A DNA stretch of 64,000 nucleotides. Origin: Gemmatimonadota bacterium (GTDB lineage Bacteria > Gemmatimonadota > Gemmatimonadetes > Gemmatimonadales > GWC2-71-9). The position numbers and the translations under genes are program-made. Position 1 is the stretch's first letter. Each line of letters opens with the position of its first letter. The stretch covers positions 22,947 through 86,946 of the forward strand of contig JBDHAB010000021.1 in the NCBI GenBank assembly GCA_039588295.1, written 5' to 3'. The notes beneath the pieces were generated by a model that ran no database searches, was not told the origin of the DNA, and saw nothing but the letters and a program-made list of their open reading frames with translations. Positions 39,781 through 48,811 of this stretch are shown in pieces.

Positions 39781-40662
39781 CTACTCCTTGATCACTACGA
39801 GGTATCGCTCTCTTCCGAACATATCCCGTTCCAACCTGCTATCCCCCCACCCGTGCCGGTGCGCCATCTCGAGCGCGCTGCGCGCCCGCGTGGCGTCCAC
39901 CTCTAGCGCGAGCATACCGCCATCGCCCAGGTACGCCGGCGCTTCCCGGAGCATTCGTCGCACGTGCTCCATACCGGCAGCCCCACTCACCAAGGCAAGG
40001 CGCGGCTCGAAGCAACGCACTGACGGTGCCAAGGCTGCGAACTCCGACGCTGAAACGTACGGGGGGTTGGAGATGATCACCGCGAATCGTTCTCCGACGA
40101 GCGGCTCGAAGAACGGCCCATGCCGTAGTTCGACCGGAACCGGTGGCGCCACGCGGTGGAGGTTTTCGTTGGCAACCTCGAGCGCCGCTCGTGAGAGATC
40201 CGTCGCCACCACGCGGGCGAATCGCCCCTCCACCGCGAGGCTCAGCCCGATGCAACCGCTGCCCGTCCCCACATCCGCCACGGCGCCCCACGACGCTGCA
40301 CCCGCAGTGCGAGAGGCCCACGCGAGCACAAGGTCGACGAGCCCCTCCGTCTCAGGACGCGGGATCAGCACACGGGCGTCCACCCACAACTCCAGCGTGC
40401 GGAACCCGACCGTACCGATCACGTACGCCAAGGGCTCCCCTGCGGCGCGGCGTGCCACCGCTGCCCGATACCGCTCGAGCGCCGCCGGCGACACCGAACG
40501 TGGGCGTTCCAGCCACGTCTGTCCCACGGTCGTCCGGGCCACACCGGCCCAGAGCCATGCTGCCTGTCGGCGCGCGTTCGGGAGACCCGCGGCGCACAGC
40601 GTTTCGGCGGCCGTATCGAGCACGCTGCCCAGCGCCGGTACCGCGGCAAGCTCAGACTTCAA
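39781..40662 (-). CDS. prmC: Release factor glutamine methyltransferase
   Basis: VLIPRPETE, DVGTGSGCI, SNPPY; follows prfA; start approximate. Confidence 0.92.
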   Translation of the reverse strand: MKSELAAVPALGSVLDTAAETLCAAGLPNARRQAAWLWAGVARTTVGQTWLERPRSVSPAALERYRAAVARRAAGEPLAYVIGTVGFRTLELWVDARVLIPRPETEGLVDLVLAWASRTAGAASWGAVADVGTGSGCIGLSLAVEGRFARVVATDLSRAALEVANENLHRVAPPVPVELRHGPFFEPLVGERFAVIISNPPYVSASEFAALAPSVRCFEPRLALVSGAAGMEHVRRMLREAPAYLGDGGMLALEVDATRARSALEMAHRHGWGDSRLERDMFGRERYLVVIKE

Positions 40663-41710
40663 CGTGTTCAGCACGCTTGGCGTCACGGAGGCCATCAACG
40701 ATCGCATCGAGCTCACCGTCGAGGATCTCCTCCAAACGATGTAGCGTGAGACCGATTCGGTGATCCGTAACGCGGTTCTGCGGGAAGTTGTACGTGCGGA
40801 TCTTTCCCGACCGGTCGCCGGTGCCAACCATCGCGCGGCGCTCCCGCGCCCGCGCGGCCTCCTGATCGGCAATGATCCGGTCGAGCAGCCGGGCGCGGAG
40901 CACTTCCATCGCCCGCAGCTTATTCTGCAACTGGGACTTCTGGTCCTGGCACTGCACCACGAGCCCGGTCGGGAGGTGGGTGATCCGCACGGCACTGTCG
41001 GTCGTGTTGACGCTCTGGCCCCCCGGCCCCGATGAGCGAAACACGTCGATCTTCAGGTCCTTGTCATCGATCCGCACGTCGACCTCCTCCGCCTCGGGCA
41101 ACACGGCCACGGTCGCTGCCGACGTATGGATCCTCCCCTGCGCTTCCGTGGCTGGGACCCGCTGTACCCGGTGAACCCCAGATTCATAGCGCAACCGGCC
41201 GAATGCTTCGTCGCCTCGAACCTTGAAGATCGCTTCCTTCACGCCACCGACGTTGCCCTCGGAGACCGAGACCATCTCGATCCCCCACCCGGATCGCTCC
41301 GCATACCGTGTATACATTCGGAGCAAATCGGCTGCAAACAGGGCCGCCTCGTCGCCCCCGGTGCCCGCACGGATCTCCACGATCGTCCCTCGATCGTCCA
41401 GCGGGTCTCGGGGAGTCAGGAGATCACGGAGTTGCGCCTCCACGTGTTCGATCTCGGGACCCACGCGCTCCATGTCGGTACGCGCGAGTTCGGCCAACTG
41501 CGGATCGGCATCCTGCAGCAGCCCCGCTGCCTGCTCCCGTTCGCTGCAGAGCTTTTCGTACTGGGTCGCTAGCCGCTTGATCCGCTCGAGGCGAGCGTGC
41601 TCGCGTCCGAGCGCTCGGAGCTTGGCGGGATCGCGTGCGGTGGCGGGTTCGGCGAGTTCGCGTTCGACCTCGGCCGCGCGGGCAAGCGCGGCGTGGAGCC
41701 GCGCTTCCAT
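40652..41710 (-). CDS. prfA: Peptide chain release factor 1
   Basis: GPGGQ, PAT tripeptide, RTYNFPQNR. Confidence 0.97.
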   Translation of the reverse strand: MEARLHAALARAAEVERELAEPATARDPAKLRALGREHARLERIKRLATQYEKLCSEREQAAGLLQDADPQLAELARTDMERVGPEIEHVEAQLRDLLTPRDPLDDRGTIVEIRAGTGGDEAALFAADLLRMYTRYAERSGWGIEMVSVSEGNVGGVKEAIFKVRGDEAFGRLRYESGVHRVQRVPATEAQGRIHTSAATVAVLPEAEEVDVRIDDKDLKIDVFRSSGPGGQSVNTTDSAVRITHLPTGLVVQCQDQKSQLQNKLRAMEVLRARLLDRIIADQEAARARERRAMVGTGDRSGKIRTYNFPQNRVTDHRIGLTLHRLEEILDGELDAIVDGLRDAKRAEHVEV

Positions 41711-41716
41711 GGCTCG

Positions 41717-41935
41717 TTACGCTCCCGAGCTCTGCTCGGCGGTCGAATACCGCTGGCGGAAGCGCTCCACCCGACCCGCCGTGTCGACCAGCTTCTGCCG
41801 CCCGGTGAAAAACGGATGGCACCGAGCACAGATCTCCACATGGATCGACGGGATGGTCGAACGCGTCTCGAAGGTGTTGCCGCAGGCGCACTGCACCACT
41901 ACGCGCTGATACTTGGGGTGAATCCCGGCTTTCAC
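41717..41935 (-). CDS. rpmE: 50S ribosomal protein L31 (Zn-binding type)
   Basis: [25 protein letters not shown]. Confidence 0.95.
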   Translation of the reverse strand: MKAGIHPKYQRVVVQCACGNTFETRSTIPSIHVEICARCHPFFTGRQKLVDTAGRVERFRQRYSTAEQSSGA

Positions 41936-41975
41936 TACTACCTACTCCGTCAAAAGGCAAGTCTAAAGAGCGCGA

Positions 41976-42005
41976 AATATAACGGCCGCAGGGACTTGGG
42001 AGCAA
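41976..42005 (-). promoter_or_regulatory. Putative promoter for rpmE-prfA
   Basis: TTGCTC-18 bp-TATATT on the minus strand. Confidence 0.5.
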
Positions 42006-42025
42006 GGACGGCGCCGGTAATTCGA

Positions 42026-42054
42026 TTGACAGGTCCCCAGCCGCGGCGTAAGCT
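42026..42054 (+). promoter_or_regulatory. sigma70 promoter for the crp-like gene
   Basis: TTGACA-17 bp-TAAGCT, with ATG only 10 nt downstream (near-leaderless). Confidence 0.65.
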
Positions 42055-42064
42055 AGGCCTTGCC

Positions 42065-42763
42065 ATGTCCGACGTCCAATCCGCCGGCATCCCGCCGGTC
42101 GCCGAGCGCTTGCGCAACGTTCCGCTGTTCACGCATTTGGACGATGCAGAACTGACTCGCCTTGCCCGTGCGGCACGGGAAAAGAACTACCCAAAGGGCA
42201 GCGTCATCGTGTTCGAGGAGGACCCTGGGGACGCGCTGTACGTCGTGCTCTCGGGTCAGGTGAAGGTGGTGTTGATTGGCGACGACGGGCGAGAGGTCAT
42301 TCTCTCGATTCTCAAGAAGGGCGATTTCTTTGGAGAGATGTCGCTCATCGACGACCAGCCACGGTCGGCCCACGTCATTGCGACTACCCGCGCCAACCTC
42401 CTCGTGTTGCGCCGAGACGAGTTCCACCAGTGCCTCGCGGACAGTCCCGGGATTTCCCTGGGCTTGCTCCAAGCGCTCTCGCGTCGACTGCGGAGGGCCG
42501 ACGACAAGATCGGCAGTCTCGTTCTGCTGGACGTGAACGGCCGGATCGCACGGCTATTGCTCGAGCTCGCCGACGAGCACGACGGCCAACGCATCCCTCG
42601 CAAAGTCACACATCACACCCTCGCACAGATGATCGGCTCGACCCGGGAGACCGTGTCGCGCACCTTGCGCGAATTCACCGATCAGAAGCTCCTCGAAATC
42701 TCGCGCGAGAGCATCACGGTCGTTGACCGACCCCGTCTCGAGGCATTGGCTGGCCTGTCGTGA
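42065..42763 (+). CDS. Crp/Fnr family cNMP-binding transcriptional regulator
   Basis: GDFFGEMSL..QPRSA cNMP cassette; HTH LAQMIGSTRETVSR. Confidence 0.93.
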   Translation: MSDVQSAGIPPVAERLRNVPLFTHLDDAELTRLARAAREKNYPKGSVIVFEEDPGDALYVVLSGQVKVVLIGDDGREVILSILKKGDFFGEMSLIDDQPRSAHVIATTRANLLVLRRDEFHQCLADSPGISLGLLQALSRRLRRADDKIGSLVLLDVNGRIARLLLELADEHDGQRIPRKVTHHTLAQMIGSTRETVSRTLREFTDQKLLEISRESITVVDRPRLEALAGLS

Positions 42764-42825
42764 GCGATGTCACCGGCCGAGGGTGATGGCCCGTCTTGCA
42801 GCCGGACCTCTGCGATCCCTAGCTT
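42759..42825 (+). promoter_or_regulatory. Crp-type box plus putative internal promoter
   Basis: CGTGA-N6-TCACC at 42759-42774; TTGCAG-18 bp-TAGCTT at 42796-42825. Confidence 0.45.
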
Positions 42826-42852
42826 GAACGGATTAGCCATGGGACGAGGCTT

Positions 42853-43725
42853 GTGCAGTACACGCTAACGATCTGGGGCGCCAGGGGCTCGATCCCCACC
42901 CCCGGCGAACCCACAGCTCGGTACGGCGGGAACACGTCTTGCATCTCGGTGGAGCGAGATGACGCAGACGGCAAGCGGCTGGTCGTACTGGATGCCGGAA
43001 CCGGTATCCGGCCTCTCGGAAACGCGCTGACTGAGCGTGACCAGGGAGTAGACGTCGACCTGCTGCTGACGCACACGCATTGGGATCACATCCAAGGGGT
43101 TCCGTTCTTCGCGCCGATCTTCGTCGAGGGGAACGGCGTGCGGGTCTGGGGATCGAAGCAGGGGGATGTCGACCTGGAAGTCATTCTGCAGCAGCAGATG
43201 CATCCGGTCGTCTTCCCGGTCCCGTTGGAGCAGCTGGCTGCCGAGTTGCGGGTGGAGCACGTGACGCCCGGTGCATTCGACATTGAAGGATTCGCCGTGC
43301 AAGCGCTCCGGTTGCGGCACCCTGGGGATACGCTCGCGTACCGGTTGACGCCGGTGGGAGGAGGCGCGACCCTCGCGTACGTGACCGACAACGAGCTGGG
43401 GTCAGGCGGCAGCTATCCTGTGGGGGCGAACTGGCGGTCGGACCTCGTCGAGTATGTTGGCGGGGTCGACCTGTTGATTCACGATGCGATGTATACGCCG
43501 GATGATATCGAGCAGCACCGTGGCTGGGGACACTCCTGCTATACCGAGGCGGTGGCGCTCGCGGTCGAGGCGGGGGTGAAACGACTGTTGCTGTTCCACC
43601 ACCGGCCCGAGCGGGACGACCGGGCCATGGACGAGCTGCTGCAGGCGGCCCAGCGGGCGGCACAGCAATCAGGACACGACATCGAAGTGGTTGCGGCAGC
43701 GGAAGGGATGCAACTGACCCTCTGA
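42853..43725 (+). CDS. MBL-fold metallo-hydrolase (putative phosphodiesterase)
   Basis: [38 protein letters not shown]. Confidence 0.85.
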   Translation: MQYTLTIWGARGSIPTPGEPTARYGGNTSCISVERDDADGKRLVVLDAGTGIRPLGNALTERDQGVDVDLLLTHTHWDHIQGVPFFAPIFVEGNGVRVWGSKQGDVDLEVILQQQMHPVVFPVPLEQLAAELRVEHVTPGAFDIEGFAVQALRLRHPGDTLAYRLTPVGGGATLAYVTDNELGSGGSYPVGANWRSDLVEYVGGVDLLIHDAMYTPDDIEQHRGWGHSCYTEAVALAVEAGVKRLLLFHHRPERDDRAMDELLQAAQRAAQQSGHDIEVVAAAEGMQLTL

Positions 43726-43741
43726 GGAGAGAGGAACCCAT

Positions 43742-44446
43742 ATGCGTTGGCGTTCATTACTCACAGGAGCCGTGGTGCTCGGTCTGGTTCTTCCCAGCAT
43801 CGCGGTGGCGCAGGACTCGAGGCCCGGTATTGCCGTCCTGCCCTTCGAAGACGGTGGATCGTACGGGGAGGACAAGGAGGACTTCCAGGCGCTGTCGATC
43901 GGCCTGCAGCAGATGCTCATCACGGAGTTCGCCGCCAACGGCAACCTCCGGGTGGTCGACCGGGCACGCATCAAGGAGATCCTCGCCGAGCTGGAGCTCG
44001 GTACGTCCGGGAAGGTCGACGCACAGACCGCCGCCCGGGTTGGCCAGCTCGTCGGCGCCCGCTACATGGTGATGGGTGGCTTCGTCGACTGGTTCGGCGA
44101 CATGCGGCTTGATGCCCGGATCGTGAGCACGGAGACCAGCGAAGTCGTCAAGGTAGAGCGCCGCCGCGACGATCGTGCCGAACTGTTCCCCATGGTTGTG
44201 GATTTGGCGGACGGGATTACCAAGGATCTCGATCTTCCACAGCTTCCGCGCAACGAGGCGCAACAGCGACAGCAACGCAGTGAGCGAATCGATCACGAGG
44301 CCGTGCAGCTGTACATGAAGGCGCTGTTCTACGCCGACCGCGGTGATACGGATCGCGCCGTCGAGCTGTTCAACCAGGTGACCGCACGGTTCCCGGACTA
44401 CACGGAGGCTCATGAGGCCCTGAGGCAGATCCAGCAGGGGCCTTAA
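43742..44446 (+). CDS. Secreted CsgG/TolB-N-like protein with C-terminal TPR
   Basis: Signal peptide [41 protein letters not shown]-like tail. Confidence 0.8.
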   Translation: MRWRSLLTGAVVLGLVLPSIAVAQDSRPGIAVLPFEDGGSYGEDKEDFQALSIGLQQMLITEFAANGNLRVVDRARIKEILAELELGTSGKVDAQTAARVGQLVGARYMVMGGFVDWFGDMRLDARIVSTETSEVVKVERRRDDRAELFPMVVDLADGITKDLDLPQLPRNEAQQRQQRSERIDHEAVQLYMKALFYADRGDTDRAVELFNQVTARFPDYTEAHEALRQIQQGP

Positions 44447-44455
44447 CGGCGTCGC

Positions 44456-45238
44456 GTGACGACGCCGGTTGCGGCATTCGGTAGGGGAGTAGCGCGCACA
44501 GTCGCCTGGATCGGCGCACTGGCGCGCTTCTCATTTGAGGCTGGGAGGGCGACACGCTGGTTCCCCCGCGCGGGCCGGCGCGTCGCCGTTCGTGTGCTGG
44601 CCAAACAGGTGCGTTTCACGGCCCTCCAGGCGATTCCGCTGATCGTCATCCTGGCGTCGATCCTGAGTTTTCTCGTCATCTCCCAGGCGACTCGCGAGTT
44701 GGGCCGACTCGGGGCGACGGAGTTGATCGGCCGACTCATGGTCGTGGTCATCGTCCGGGAGCTCGGCCCGCTTCTCACCGCGCTCGTGGTGGCCGGTCGG
44801 TCTGGGACCGCCATCGCGGCCGAGCTGGCCACCAACAAGGTGATGGGCGAACTCAATGCCCTCCTCGGAATGGGAATCGATCCCTTGCACTACCTCGTGC
44901 TTCCCCGGTTGGGTGCCGCGATCCTATCGGTCTTTGGCTTGATCATCTGCTTCGACCTGGTCGCCATTCTGGCGGGATACGTCGCAGCGGGATCGGCCGG
45001 CATGACCAGCGCCCGGTACTTTGACATCGTCCTCGCCTCACTCACGTTCCGGGACGTGTGGCTCACGGCTGCCAAGGGACTCGCGTTCGGTGTGATCATC
45101 GGCATCGTTCCGGCCTATCACGGACTCGCGATCCGTGGATCCCCCACCGAAGTACCCGTGGCCTCCAGTCAGGCGGTCATGGGAAGCATCCTGGTGATTT
45201 TTGTATGTTCAGGTCTCTTCGTCGCGCTCCTCACATGA
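44456..45238 (+). CDS. MlaE-family ABC permease
   Basis: VRELGPLLTALVVAGRSGTAIAAEL, MGIDPLHYLVLPR. Confidence 0.92.
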   Translation: MTTPVAAFGRGVARTVAWIGALARFSFEAGRATRWFPRAGRRVAVRVLAKQVRFTALQAIPLIVILASILSFLVISQATRELGRLGATELIGRLMVVVIVRELGPLLTALVVAGRSGTAIAAELATNKVMGELNALLGMGIDPLHYLVLPRLGAAILSVFGLIICFDLVAILAGYVAAGSAGMTSARYFDIVLASLTFRDVWLTAAKGLAFGVIIGIVPAYHGLAIRGSPTEVPVASSQAVMGSILVIFVCSGLFVALLT

Positions 45239-45906
45239 CGGAATCCGTGTTGCGCTTTGAGGATGTTGTGATCCCGGGCACGCCTAACCCGCTCTCACTG
45301 GAAGTGCCCGATCACCAGGCCGTCTTGATCACGGGGCCGGAGGCGAGCGGCGTCGACGCACTTCCCGCAATCGCACTACGACTCCGTCGGCCCGCCCGAG
45401 GGCGGGTCTTCCTGTTCGGCGAGCCGATCGACGCCCTTTCCCCTCGCGCGGTGCTCGCGTTTCGACGCAAGGTCGGATACCTTCCCGCCGGCGACGGTCT
45501 CTTGCACAACCTCTCGCTGCATGAGAACGTCGCCCTGCCGCTGCGGTTCGGCAGTGACCTGTCGGAACATGCGATTCAGGGCCGGCTCCAAGTCATGCTT
45601 GCGCTCCTCCGGATCGCAGACGCGGCCGACCGGCGACCGGCGGAAGCGACCGAGGAGCAGCGCCGTCGAGCGGCACTGGCCCGGGCCTTGGCCTTCGACC
45701 CGAAGCTCCTGATTCTCGCGGATCCGTTCGACGGCCTGACAGCCAAGACGGCGGCGGAGTTGTTCGAGATATCGCGGGGCGGCGAGACGGGCGAAGGCTC
45801 GCGTCGTGCCGTGTTCATGACCGCCCAGTTCGTTCCCGAGCGACTCGAGACGCGGATCGAGTACCGCTACCGGCTCACCTCGGGTACGCTGCAACCGGTA
45901 CTCTGA
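45235..45906 (+). CDS. MlaF-like ABC subunit with degenerate ATPase motifs
   Basis: Scaffold retained (RRKVGY, NLSLHENVALPL, RAALARALAFDP); Walker A GPEASGVD, signature ATEEQ, Walker B LILAD. Confidence 0.85.
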   Translation: MTESVLRFEDVVIPGTPNPLSLEVPDHQAVLITGPEASGVDALPAIALRLRRPARGRVFLFGEPIDALSPRAVLAFRRKVGYLPAGDGLLHNLSLHENVALPLRFGSDLSEHAIQGRLQVMLALLRIADAADRRPAEATEEQRRRAALARALAFDPKLLILADPFDGLTAKTAAELFEISRGGETGEGSRRAVFMTAQFVPERLETRIEYRYRLTSGTLQPVL

Positions 45907-46832
45907 CGGCGGGAGGACGTACGGGACGCACGGACTTCTTCGTCGGGTTGTTTGTCCTCGTGAGTCTTGGCGTGCTCATAGGGGCGCTCGTGCTGACGAG
46001 CGGCATGCTCGAGGGACGGTACGACATCCACATGTACGCCGTCGAGGCCGAGGGGCTGAACCAAGACACGCGCGTCGTGCTCCAGGGACTCGAGATCGGA
46101 CGCGTGAAGAACGTCAATCCGCAGCTCGACCGAGCGACCAACACGTTGTCGTTCATCGCAACCCTGTCGATCCGCGAACGGTTTCCTGACGGCACACGAT
46201 TGACCCTGCCGGCGGGCACGCGAGCGCTGATTGCACCGCCGCCGACGTTGGTCGGTCCGACGCTTATCCACCTGGTCATGCCGCCCCCCTCACGGGACAC
46301 TTTGTTCCTCCAGACCGGGGACACCATCGCGTCCGAGCGGCGCGCCGGGGTCCTGGACGCGCTGTCCGAGATCGCCATCGACTTCCGCGGCCAGCTGGAC
46401 TCGACCCTGGCCGAAACCCGCTCACTCCTGCGACGCACGGCACACACGGTCCGCGAAACGGGAGCTTTACTGACCCAGGCCCGGCCCCAGGTGGACCGGG
46501 TGTTGGCGCGGCTCGACGCCGGATTGGGGCGGACCGAAGACATCCTGGCCGAGGTGGAGCCTCGCGTCGGCCCCCTGAGTGACAGTCTCGTCGCGACATT
46601 GGCCGCAACCCACCAGCTGCTGGTCGAACTGGACAGCCTCACGTCGCTGGCGCAGACTATGGTCCAGGAGAACCGCGGTGCCATCAGCCAGACGCTCGAG
46701 AACTTGAACCGGTCGGCGATCGTGTTGCAGCATTTCGCTGACCAGATCAGTCGGCGACCACTCCGATTCCTCTGGGGCGTGACGCCTCCACCGAATACGG
46801 TCGTCCCACCCGACTCGTCGCACCAGCCGTGA
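45903..46832 (+). CDS. MlaD/MCE-domain protein with long helical extension
   Basis: TDFFVGLFVL TM, EGL..T.V..QGLEIGRV, helical region, RRPLRFLWG tail; probable CTG start at 45903. Confidence 0.88.
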   Translation: MTAGGRTGRTDFFVGLFVLVSLGVLIGALVLTSGMLEGRYDIHMYAVEAEGLNQDTRVVLQGLEIGRVKNVNPQLDRATNTLSFIATLSIRERFPDGTRLTLPAGTRALIAPPPTLVGPTLIHLVMPPPSRDTLFLQTGDTIASERRAGVLDALSEIAIDFRGQLDSTLAETRSLLRRTAHTVRETGALLTQARPQVDRVLARLDAGLGRTEDILAEVEPRVGPLSDSLVATLAATHQLLVELDSLTSLAQTMVQENRGAISQTLENLNRSAIVLQHFADQISRRPLRFLWGVTPPPNTVVPPDSSHQP

Positions 46833-48790
46833 AGTACCTGCTGCTCCACGCCACCTCGCTCGAGCTCGGCGGCCTCACGTCCGCCCTCGCCGCTGAAGAC
46901 ATCACCGTCCGAGCAATCTCGTCCGCGAACGAATTGAACGCCGGTCACATTCCGACGGCGCTCCTGCTCCACCCCGACAGTCGTACCCTGTTCGGACAGC
47001 TCCACCTGCAGCGATTCACACGGGACGGCGGCGGCGTGGTCGCCCTCGGTGCCGCGGGCGAGAAGGATCCGCCCGACGACCTCACCGATGACGTTGTGAG
47101 TGTGTTCGTCCCGCATCCACACGGCCGGCGTCAACTGTTGCTCGCCTTGCGCACCGCCTACCGCGAGGCAGCCGCCCGGGCGGACGCCCTGAACGCACGC
47201 ACCGAAGCGGCGTCCCGAACCAGAGAGCTCTCGGAACTCACGCACATCGGCATGGCGCTCACGACGGAGCACGACTACAACACCCTCCTGGACCTCATTC
47301 TCACCCAGGCACGGAAGATCACGAATTCCGACGCCGGGAGTCTCTACCTGGTGGAGAAGCCCGAAGGGGAGCCCCGCCAACTTCGGTTCAAGCTCTCGCA
47401 GAACATGTCCCGCCCCGACATCCCGTTCGTCGAATACACGATGCCGATCGACATCTCCAGTATTGCGGGAAACGCCGCCACCACCGGTCACCCCCTCGTC
47501 ATCGACGACGTCTACGACCTGGGATCCGCCGTCGAGTACACATTCAATCGCTCGTTCGACGAGAAGTACGGGTATCGATCCAAATCGATGCTCACGATCC
47601 CGATGAAGGACCACAAGAACGAGGTCATCGGGGTGCTGCAGCTCATCAACCGCAAGCGGCATGGAACGGCGAAACTCACGGAGCCCGAGGACTTCCGAAC
47701 GGAGATCATCTCCTATTCTCAGCGCCAGGTAGACCTCGTCTCGGCCCTCGCTGGCCAGGCGGCCGTGTCGATCGAGAACAGCCAACTCTACGAGGACATC
47801 GAGCGGCTGTTCGAAGGGTTCGTGCTCGCATCGGTGACGGCCATTGAGCAACGTGATCCGACGACGTTCGGCCACTCGGGGCGCGTCGCATCGATGACGG
47901 TCGCGCTCGCGGGCGCGGTAGACAAGGACGGCGACGGTGCGTATCGCAACGTGAAGTTCGCCCGCCAGGAGATCCGCGAGATCCGCTATGCCGGCTTGCT
48001 GCACGACTTCGGAAAGGTCGGTGTGCGCGAACAGGTATTGGTCAAAGCCAAGAAGCTCTATCCGCCCGATCTCGCTCTCATCAGGCTCCGACATGCGTTC
48101 ATTCATCGCACCGCGGAGGGTGAGTTCCACTTGCAGCGGCTCCGGTTTCTGGAGACGCACGGAAGAGAGGGTTATGAGGAGTATGCCCGGCGGCTGGAGG
48201 AGGAGCACCGCAGCAAACTAGACGAGTTGGATCGCTTCCTACACTTGGTGTCTCGGTCCAACGAACCGACGGTGCTCCCGGAAGGCAGCTTCGACGACCT
48301 GCTCCATTACGCCAACCGGTACTATCAGGATCTGGAGGGTACCGAACTCCCGTACCTCACCGACGATGAAGTGCGGTTCCTCAGCATTCGCAAAGGGAGT
48401 CTCGACGAGAGCGAACGACTGGAAATCCAGAGCCACGTCACCCACACCTATCGGTTCCTGCTGCAGATCCCGTGGACCAAGGAGCTGCAGTCTATCCCAA
48501 AGATCGCCTACGGACACCACGAGAAGCTGGACGGCTCCGGCTACCCGCGTCGGATCCGCGGCGATTACATCCCGATTCAGACGCGGATGATGACGATTTC
48601 CGATATCTTCGATGCGCTCACGGCTGCCGACCGCCCCTACAAGCGCGCGGTCCCGGTACCCAAAGCGCTGGACATTCTCGCAGAAGAAACGAATGCCGGT
48701 ATGCTGGATCCGGGGCTGTTCAAACTGTTCGTGGACGCGCGAGTGTTTGAGAAGGCCTCCGAGAGCGGAGATCCCACGTCGTACGCCTGA
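46829..48790 (+). CDS. GAF + HD-GYP cyclic-dinucleotide phosphodiesterase
   Basis: GAF (DAGSLYL, SMLTIP, GVLQLIN); GHS, LHDFGK, HHEKLDGSGYP, DIFDAL..RPYK. Confidence 0.92.
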   Translation: MKYLLLHATSLELGGLTSALAAEDITVRAISSANELNAGHIPTALLLHPDSRTLFGQLHLQRFTRDGGGVVALGAAGEKDPPDDLTDDVVSVFVPHPHGRRQLLLALRTAYREAAARADALNARTEAASRTRELSELTHIGMALTTEHDYNTLLDLILTQARKITNSDAGSLYLVEKPEGEPRQLRFKLSQNMSRPDIPFVEYTMPIDISSIAGNAATTGHPLVIDDVYDLGSAVEYTFNRSFDEKYGYRSKSMLTIPMKDHKNEVIGVLQLINRKRHGTAKLTEPEDFRTEIISYSQRQVDLVSALAGQAAVSIENSQLYEDIERLFEGFVLASVTAIEQRDPTTFGHSGRVASMTVALAGAVDKDGDGAYRNVKFARQEIREIRYAGLLHDFGKVGVREQVLVKAKKLYPPDLALIRLRHAFIHRTAEGEFHLQRLRFLETHGREGYEEYARRLEEEHRSKLDELDRFLHLVSRSNEPTVLPEGSFDDLLHYANRYYQDLEGTELPYLTDDEVRFLSIRKGSLDESERLEIQSHVTHTYRFLLQIPWTKELQSIPKIAYGHHEKLDGSGYPRRIRGDYIPIQTRMMTISDIFDALTAADRPYKRAVPVPKALDILAEETNAGMLDPGLFKLFVDARVFEKASESGDPTSYA

Positions 48791-48811
48791 GCGGCACGCC
48801 GCGCCGGCCGG

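Noticed and set aside
45875..48208. 777 aa antisense ORF
   Set aside because: Shadow of mlaD/HD-GYP in GC-rich DNA; no recognisable motifs
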